64,000 nucleotides of DNA from the NCBI GenBank assembly GCA_965204445.1, contig OZ241992.1:988095-1052094 (forward strand), read 5' to 3'. The stretch is from Dehalococcoidia bacterium. GTDB taxonomy: Bacteria; Chloroflexota; Dehalococcoidia; Lucifugimonadales; JADFKI01. The notes under the pieces were generated by a model. It was given only the letters and a program-made list of their open reading frames with translations, was not told the DNA's origin and did not search any database. Position numbers and translations under genes: made by a program. Each line of letters starts with the position of its first letter. Positions within the stretch are counted from its first letter, which is position 1. This document shows, in pieces, positions 24,001-30,549 of this stretch.

Positions 24001-26026
24001 ATGTCGAAGAATATACGTTTTACCCCCCCCCCCCCCCCCCCCCCCGAAAAATCGAGATAAGTCCAAAAACCTCCGAAGCGTAAAGACCGCGCTCCGCGCC
24101 TCGACGCTCGCCGCGCTGGGGCTCCTAATCGCGCTCGCCGTCCTGCTCCCTAATGCCGCGGCCGAAGCGCAGACCACACCCGCCTCTACTGCCACGGCTA
24201 CCGCAACGCCCACCGACTACGACGCGGACAACGACGGCCTCATCGACATCAGAACCCTCGCTCAGCTCAACGCCGTCCGCCACGACCTCAACGGGGATGG
24301 CAAGCAAGGTTCCGTCAGCGCTACCGATTGGGCTACATACACAGCCGCATTCTCCAACCCCGCGTCCGGCATGGGCTGCAAACCCACCGACCACGACGAC
24401 GATACCACCACCGCCCAGAAACCCACCTGCGACGGCTACGAACTGATGGCAGACCTGGACTTCGACACCGACGGCGACGGGGATGTGGATGCAAGCGATA
24501 CCAATTCCTACGCCAACTGGGCGCCCATCGGCACAACGACCAAGCCATTCGACTCCAAATTCGAGGGCAGCCTCACCAATGGCGTGATGCCCAAAATCTC
24601 CAATCTCACAATAAGCGGCGAGTTGACGGAAGTGGGGCTGTTCGGCGCAACGGGATCCAACGCGCGCATTGAAAACGTGGGACTGGTGGATGTCAATGTG
24701 AACACAACCACTTCTGCCCGCAACGCAAAGATTAGCGCGCTGGTGGGAAACAACGCCGGCAAGATAATCGCGTGCTACTCCACGGGCGCAATAACCGCCA
24801 CTGCGGGAGCCTACCCCGACGCCGGCGGTCTAGTGGGCTACAACGGGGGAACAATAGCCGCCGCCTTCTCCCGCGCTACCGTCTATATGACGTCAAGCAG
24901 TGAAGTCTACGTGGGCGGTCTAGTGGGCTACAACGGGGGAACGATAACTGCCACCTATTCTGCGGGAGCTGTCAAGGGCAAGGGCGGCAGCGGCGTTGTG
25001 GGCGGTCTGGTGGGCTACAACGTAGGGACGATAAACGCCAGCTACTCCCGATCTCTCGTTACTTCCGTCGACGTCGATCCTACCAACATTCGCACCAGCA
25101 AGCCGACAGTCCTGGGTCTGAGCTACAACGAAAACGGCTTCAGTACAGTAACCGTTAGCTACTGGGACTCCACATTCAGCGGAGTGCCCGACGACGCGGA
25201 CGACGTGATGCCAGAGGGGAAAAACGAGGCCAGTCTTACTATGCCCATAGGCATATACGACGATTGGGACGACCTGACGATTGACGGCGCGAATGACGTT
25301 GCTCCGTGGGACTCCGTCAATAAACTGCCGCTACTGACATATGGCGGACACACCACAGACATATCAGGCAATCAACTTTTTGCGATCATGGGCAACAACT
25401 TCTGCGGCTGGGGTCCCGTTTTCGAAGGGGCACCCTGCAGGGCTTCTATACTTTCGTCAATGGGCACCGCCTCAGGTCCCTGGCTATGGCAGAGCTCCAC
25501 TGACGGCATTACTTGGGGCAGTACCCTAGTCTCCAATACCGTCTGTAGTGTACACCAGGATCGCACTTGTGGTCCGGCGTACCGAGCTACAAGCAGGTCT
25601 GAACTGTTCATACCTAGATCGGAGCATGAAGGCAAATACATCCGCGCTAAAGTACCGTTGGAAGCGGGCGGTTACGCTTATACTATGTTGCAAGGCAAAG
25701 TAAGACTTGCCCGTCCCGCTACTAACTCAATTGGGCTGAACATCCAAGGACCCAACCCGCCTCGTGTTGGAACGCAGTTAAGCGTTGTAACACGACTCAA
25801 TCAATACATGCCGTTTCTATGGCAGCGCTGCGACACCAACGGCGCCAATCCGTCAGGATGTGAGTATGTTGGAAGCAAGCGCACATACACTCCGGGGGCT
25901 GGCGATCTAAACCATTACCTCCGCGTGCATGCCTATTACGATCATCTGAGTGGCTGGACGCGCGCAACCAGCGGTTTCACGCAGCAAGTGGCTGATATTC
26001 AAAGGCCGACGCAGTGGACTGACTAA
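24001..26026 (+). CDS. Secreted GLUG-motif repeat protein; as assembled, the start codon is out of frame with the signal peptide and body because of a 23-C homopolymer
   Basis: ATG 24001 (MSKNIRFT-Pro7) terminates at TAA 24058. The +1 frame is open from 24044 to 26026 and encodes a signal peptide (KTALRASTLAALGLLIALAVLLPNAAAEAQ), Ca-binding-like DYDADNDGLIDI and DTDGDGDVDASD, and repeated GGLVGYNGGTIxAxYS (GLUG) units. That frame has no ATG/GTG/TTG upstream of the tract. Confidence 0.7.
24023..24045 (+). repeat. Homopolymeric poly(C) tract, 23 nt
   Basis: Counted directly from the sequence: 8 + 10 + 5 C between ...cgttttA and Gaaaaatcg. Confidence 0.95.
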
Positions 26027-26144
26027 CTAGGGCAACGGAATAAGACACACATGCGTGGGCGGCTTGACGCGCTGCCCTCAAACCGCCCCCTCTCCGCCAT
26101 ACGCCTAGCGCATACCTAACCAGCAATTCCAACCGGCAACAACT

Positions 26145-26192
26145 AGCCCTGCGGCAATCGGACGCATGTATCCGATTGCCGCAGGGCTTTTC
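26145..26192 (+). terminator. Rho-independent terminator downstream of the GLUG-protein gene
   Basis: Perfect 18-bp stem agccctgcggcaatcgga / tccgattgccgcagggct with loop cgcatgta, followed by TTTT. Confidence 0.8.
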
Positions 26193-26407
26193 GCATTATT
26201 GCGGGCGTCTGCGGTTTGAGCGCGGCAAGCCCGGCATTCACATAATTGAGTGCAGTCATGCGCCTCAACTTTATGAATGCCGGACGACTAGCCGAATTGC
26301 GTTTGGGGCGGCGCCTGGTGTAGCCTAAAAGCGTAAATCGGCAATCGGCAGTCTGCGCCGTTACCCTGCGCGCAAACGCAACGAACTATATCTATGAGGT
26401 TGGAACT

Positions 26408-27253
26408 ATGACAACGCAAGGCTACGCAAATCCCGATCTGCTGGTGGAAACGGACTGGCTGGCAGAGCGGCTCGACGACCCCAACATACGCATCGTGGAC
26501 TGCGATCCGCTGGACGCCTACGGGCGCGCTCACATCAAGAACGCCATCGGCATACCCGTCCACCACTACATCAAAGAGGAAGGCTACGACGCCGATCCGC
26601 GCGCCAATCCGTTAGTTGCGCCGCCCGACCGAATGAAAAGCCTGATGGAAAGCATGGGCATCGGCGACGACAACCTAGTGGTGGCATACGATAGCAACGG
26701 CTCCCTTTGGTCAACGCGCTTCTGGTGGGTTCTCAACTACTACGGGCATACCAACGCCAAAGTTCTCAACGGCGGTTGGAAGAAGTGGCACGATGAGGGG
26801 CGTCCCACTTCCATCACAATACCGCAGTTTGACGCGCCTACCTTCACGCCCAACGCCGACGACGGCTTGGTGTGTACGCTTGACTACGGCGTCGCCAATG
26901 TGGGCAACCCCGATGTGCTGTTCCTGGATGTGCGCTCCGACGGCGAGTGGGACGGCAGCAACACCCGCGGCAACAAGCGCGGCGGGCGCATCCCCGGCGC
27001 AGTTCACCTCGAATGGCTGAACTTCATAACCGACGACAGCCATCAGACGATTAAGCCGGCGGCCGAACTGCGCGCAATGTTGGAATCGGTGGGCGCAACG
27101 CCCGAAAAGGAAGTGGTAACCTATTGACAGGGCGGCATCCGTGCGGCGCACGGAGTATTCGTACTGAAGCTGCTAGGCTACAACAGGGCGCGCAACTACG
27201 ACGGCTCAATGGGCGAGTGGGCTAACCGCGACGATACGCCGCTTGTGGTGTAG
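26408..27253 (+). CDS. Two-domain rhodanese (thiosulfate/3-mercaptopyruvate sulfurtransferase family) with in-frame TGA at the catalytic Cys position; candidate selenoprotein or nonsense pseudogene
   Basis: The ORF 26408..27127 ends ...EKEVVTY-TGA. The same frame continues QGGIRAAHGVFVLKLLGYNRARNYDGSMGEWANRDDTPLVV-TAG (27251-27253). Together this reconstitutes the rhodanese active-site loop VVTY[C/U]QGGIRA and a normal total length of about 281 aa. Confidence 0.75.
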
Positions 27254-27363
27254 CGCAATGGCGCAACCGGGGATGACGCAATGGGCGCCCTGCAGAACAA
27301 GTTCAGCGCATCGGGCAAGAGGTTGGCGGCGCGCGGCGTATAACCAGGCGACGGACGGCGCAA

Positions 27364-28476
27364 CTACAGGCGCTTGAGCGCCGCCGCCAGCGATTCGCCG
27401 AGCTGCCGCCGCTGCCAATTGCGCACGGCGTCGTCCGCCATCTCAGCGTCCAGTTCGCGCGGATGCAACGATAGGCGATCGAGGCTCGCTAGGGGCCACA
27501 CCAGCCCGGGGTCGAGCGCAAGCCGCTTGGCGTTCGACGCCCGCCACTCTTTGAGCAACCTAAGGCGTTTGCGCGCCGAACTGCGCTCATCCGGGGTTGC
27601 GCGATGCCCGTTTGCGGCGAAGCTGCGCTTGGGACGCTTGAACGGACCGGCTTCGATCCCCTCGCGCAATGCCCGTCGCACGCCCGACGAGTATCGACCG
27701 CGCGCATAGCGGCCGAGTCCCTTCACCTTGCTCAGATCGGAGCGCGGATTTGCCGCCAGCGCAAGCATCGCGGCGTCGGAGAATACCTTGAACGGCGGAC
27801 GGTCGCGGCGCAGCGCCTCAACTTCGCGGAACATATACAGCGATTGCAGCGCCGCCAAGCCCTTGCCGTCCAAAGCGCCGCTGCCCTTCACGGACAGAAA
27901 GCCCATCTCTATATCGGGCGGCGTGTACTCCACATTGGCGAGCCGCTCGCACTCTTCCGCCACCCAATCCGTTCTGCCCAGTTCGGCAAGCTTTTGGCGC
28001 AAAAGCGCGGTCAGGCGTTCGAGATATATCACATCATCGGCGGCGTACCGCACCTGCTCATCCGAAAGCGGGCGCAGCGTCCAATCGGCGCGCTGCAGCT
28101 TCTTGGACTTGTTCACTTCCACGCCCAGATACTCTTGCAGAACCGCCCCCAAGCCAAGCCTGTCGGAGCCGGCGAATGCGGCGGCGATGCCGGTATCGAA
28201 CAGCGGCCGAATGCGAAAGCCCCAATCGCGCTGCAGGCTTCGCACATCGTGATTGGCGGCGTGGAATATCTTCTCTACGGACGGCGCGGCAAGCAGTTCG
28301 CCAAGCGGCGCAAGCTCTTGCGGGTCAAGCGTATCAAGCGGGTCTATGAGGAAGACGCCGTCCGCTGTGGCGAGTTGCACAAGGCATATGCGCTCAGGGT
28401 AGCGGTAGAAGCCGTTGGACTCGATGTCCAAAGCAACGCGCGGCTGCTTCAGCGCGGACGCCACAACCGCGCCCAA
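27364..28476 (-). CDS. rnd: Ribonuclease D (DEDD 3'-5' exonuclease + HRDC domain)
   Basis: ALDIESNGFYRYPERICLVQLAT, HAANHDVRSL, QRADWTLRPLSDEQVRYAADDVIYL, and an HRDC-like C-terminus. The TTG start at 28476 is the first canonical start, but the frame stays open upstream and keeps looking like an RNase D N-terminus (see findings). Confidence 0.85.
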   Translation of the reverse strand: MGAVVASALKQPRVALDIESNGFYRYPERICLVQLATADGVFLIDPLDTLDPQELAPLGELLAAPSVEKIFHAANHDVRSLQRDWGFRIRPLFDTGIAAAFAGSDRLGLGAVLQEYLGVEVNKSKKLQRADWTLRPLSDEQVRYAADDVIYLERLTALLRQKLAELGRTDWVAEECERLANVEYTPPDIEMGFLSVKGSGALDGKGLAALQSLYMFREVEALRRDRPPFKVFSDAAMLALAANPRSDLSKVKGLGRYARGRYSSGVRRALREGIEAGPFKRPKRSFAANGHRATPDERSSARKRLRLLKEWRASNAKRLALDPGLVWPLASLDRLSLHPRELDAEMADDAVRNWQRRQLGESLAAALKRL

Positions 28477-28582
28477 CCGCGACGCCGTTGTGATAATCTC
28501 TACTTTGCCTGTATCGCCTTGCGCGGGAATTATGCGGAAGCATCCTATCGCTATTAGGGGTAGGTAGCAGGGGGCAAAACGC

Positions 28583-28657
28583 TGGCTCCGCAGGTAGGAT
28601 TCGAACCTACGGCCGATCGGTTAACAGCCGATTGCTCTACCACTGAGCTACTGCGGA
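28583..28657 (-). tRNA. tRNA-Asn (anticodon GTT), CCA encoded
   Basis: Manual cloverleaf: TCCGCAG-TA-GCTC-AGTGGTA-GAGC-A-ATCGG-CTGTTAA-CCGAT-CGGCC-GTAGG-TTCGAAT-CCTAC-CTGCGGA-G-CCA, 75 nt. Confidence 0.92.
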
Positions 28658-28707
28658 GCGTGAATGCGCGCGTCGGATATGCAACGGACGCGCCGAAACC
28701 TGCATTT

Positions 28708-28736
28708 ATGATAGCATTGCCAAATCTTTTGGACAA
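28708..28736 (-). promoter_or_regulatory. Possible promoter of tRNA-Asn (TTGTCC-17 nt-TATCAT on minus strand)
   Basis: The reverse complement of 28731-28736 is ttgtcc, and that of 28708-28713 is tatcat. It lies about 50 nt upstream of the tRNA 5' end. Confidence 0.35.
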
Positions 28737-29015
28737 GGTTTTTGGCGATATTATTCGGATTGCGAATTATATTGAATGCGGCGATGGCGCAATGAAAGGC
28801 GCAAAGCGCAAGCCATTGTTGGCACGAGTTAAACTATTGTTGCAACACAATAGACGCTAACATAACGACGGTTGTCAGTGATGTATGACTTTCTCAAAGA
28901 GCGCTCCGATGCGTGCGCCAAATCCGAATATCAATTCAGAAAGTTCGCGGATTAGGGTTGCCGCGCGCCGCCGTCAATCAAATGCCGTCGATTCAAGACG
29001 AAATCGGAGGGGCAT

Positions 29016-29198
29016 ATGAAGTTTGTGATAACGCTTGAAGAGGATGAGGACGGCTTTATCGTCGCCAGCTGTCCCGCACTGCCGGGATGCCATTCGCAGG
29101 GGTTGGATACGGACGAAGCCGTCGCCAACATCACGGAGGCTATACAGGCGTACAACGAGAGCCTGATCAAGCACGGCGAGCCGTTGCCACGCCTCTAG
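29016..29198 (+). CDS. HicB-like / UPF0150 family small protein (antitoxin-type fold)
   Basis: MKFVITLEEDEDGFIVASCPALPGCHSQGLDTDEAVANITEAIQAYNESL is the typical HicB/UPF0150 N-terminal domain. RBS GGAGGGG lies upstream. Confidence 0.7.
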   Translation: MKFVITLEEDEDGFIVASCPALPGCHSQGLDTDEAVANITEAIQAYNESLIKHGEPLPRL

Positions 29199-29222
29199 AA
29201 CTCCCGTTATCGCAAGTTTTCG

Positions 29223-30461
29223 CTACACCTCCAGCGTCCCCGCGCGCTTGACCACCCGCCCTTGCGCTACGATGGTATTGACATTGTGCAGCGCGGTTAT
29301 GTCCGCGGACGGATCGCCCTCTACGATGACTACATCGGCGGACTTGCCCGCCTCAAGCGTGCCGGTTTCGTCGGCGATGCCTAGGCATTCGGCGGAAGTC
29401 TGCGTGGCGCAGATTATCGCCTCCATCGGCGTTATCCACATCTCTTCCACCATCACTTGCGGTATGTAGGCGAAATCGCCGAAGCGCGCGTTGGTCATGC
29501 CGGAGTCCATTCCGGTTACGAACTTCACGCCCCTGTCCCACATATCGCGCAGTATCTCAAAGCGGCGCTGCGGGTCGGACATCGCGGAGCCGCCCGTCTG
29601 CTTGCCGCGCAGCCGATTGAGCCGATTCAGCGCCAGCGTGGGGTCCACCCAGATGCCCTTTTCGGCTATCATATCGGCGTCGGCAGGATCGTAGTCGTAC
29701 ATCTGCTGCGGGTCTTCGGCGAGCCAAGAGCAGTGGATAAGGTTGTGGACGCCCGCCTCTACGCAGTTGCGGACGCCGGCGCTTGCGTGGCAGTGCGCCG
29801 CGACGCGCAGTCCCAGCCTTTCGGCGTCCCGCACGGCGGCTTTGAGCGTCTCCGCCGAATACTGCGGCGCGCGCACATTGGTGCCGGGCGTGAAGCCGCC
29901 GCCGGTTGCCATAATCTTGATGTAGCCCGCGCCGAGCTTAAACTGCTGACGCACCGCTCTGACGACATCGGCCGTAGTGTCCGCTTCCGTGCCGAATGAG
30001 TTGCAGTGGCCGCCTGTGGTGGTTATGGGCGTGCCTGCCACGATGAGGCGGGGGCCGGGGATGATGCCGTCATCTATGGCTTGCTTGATGGGGAAGGCGA
30101 CTTGGTTGCGCGCGCCCAAATCGCGCATGGTGGTAACGCCGGACGCTAGGGCGGCGCGCACGGCGCCCACGGCGCGCATCAGAAACACATCGTCGCTTTC
30201 GGTGGTGATGTGCGTGTAGGCGTCAAGCTCGGCGCTGCAATGGATGTGCGAGTGCATCTCAATGAAGCCGGGCATAATGCTGCCGCCGCTCACCTCAATC
30301 ACATCCACCGCGTCATCGGGCGCAAGCGGGATGGCGTCCGCCGCCGCTATCTGGGCTATCCTGCCGTCTTCAATCAGGACGGCGGCGTTTGGAACGGGGT
30401 CTGCGCCCGTGCCGTCGATAAGTCTGTCAGCCTTCAGCAACAGTTTCATAAGCGCAATCAC
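29223..30461 (-). CDS. Amidohydrolase family metal-dependent hydrolase
   Basis: GFIEMHSHIH (HxH metal motif), VAAHCHA, and the C-terminal GTLEAGKSADVVIV typical of imidazolonepropionase/Xaa-Pro-type amidohydrolases. Confidence 0.85.
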   Translation of the reverse strand: MIALMKLLLKADRLIDGTGADPVPNAAVLIEDGRIAQIAAADAIPLAPDDAVDVIEVSGGSIMPGFIEMHSHIHCSAELDAYTHITTESDDVFLMRAVGAVRAALASGVTTMRDLGARNQVAFPIKQAIDDGIIPGPRLIVAGTPITTTGGHCNSFGTEADTTADVVRAVRQQFKLGAGYIKIMATGGGFTPGTNVRAPQYSAETLKAAVRDAERLGLRVAAHCHASAGVRNCVEAGVHNLIHCSWLAEDPQQMYDYDPADADMIAEKGIWVDPTLALNRLNRLRGKQTGGSAMSDPQRRFEILRDMWDRGVKFVTGMDSGMTNARFGDFAYIPQVMVEEMWITPMEAIICATQTSAECLGIADETGTLEAGKSADVVIVEGDPSADITALHNVNTIVAQGRVVKRAGTLEV

Positions 30462-30549
30462 CTTCCGTTTCGCCCTGCAACGCCGAATTTTCTGCGCATT
30501 ATATCACGGCAAGGCTAACGGCAACGGATGGGATGGGCATTTGCGCGGC

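Noticed and set aside
24371-26026. The ORF-track start (Met at 24371) as the true start of the GLUG protein
   Set aside because: It would discard an in-frame, upstream, perfectly formed signal peptide (24062-24170). No RBS precedes it. The promoter/RBS/ATG at 23918-24003 explains expression once the poly(C) length is taken into account.
28660-28860. 66-aa plus-strand ORF next to the tRNA, and the 60-aa ORF 28554..28736 overlapping the tRNA
   Set aside because: One overlaps the tRNA gene and the other its promoter region. There is no RBS, and the sequences do not look protein-like.
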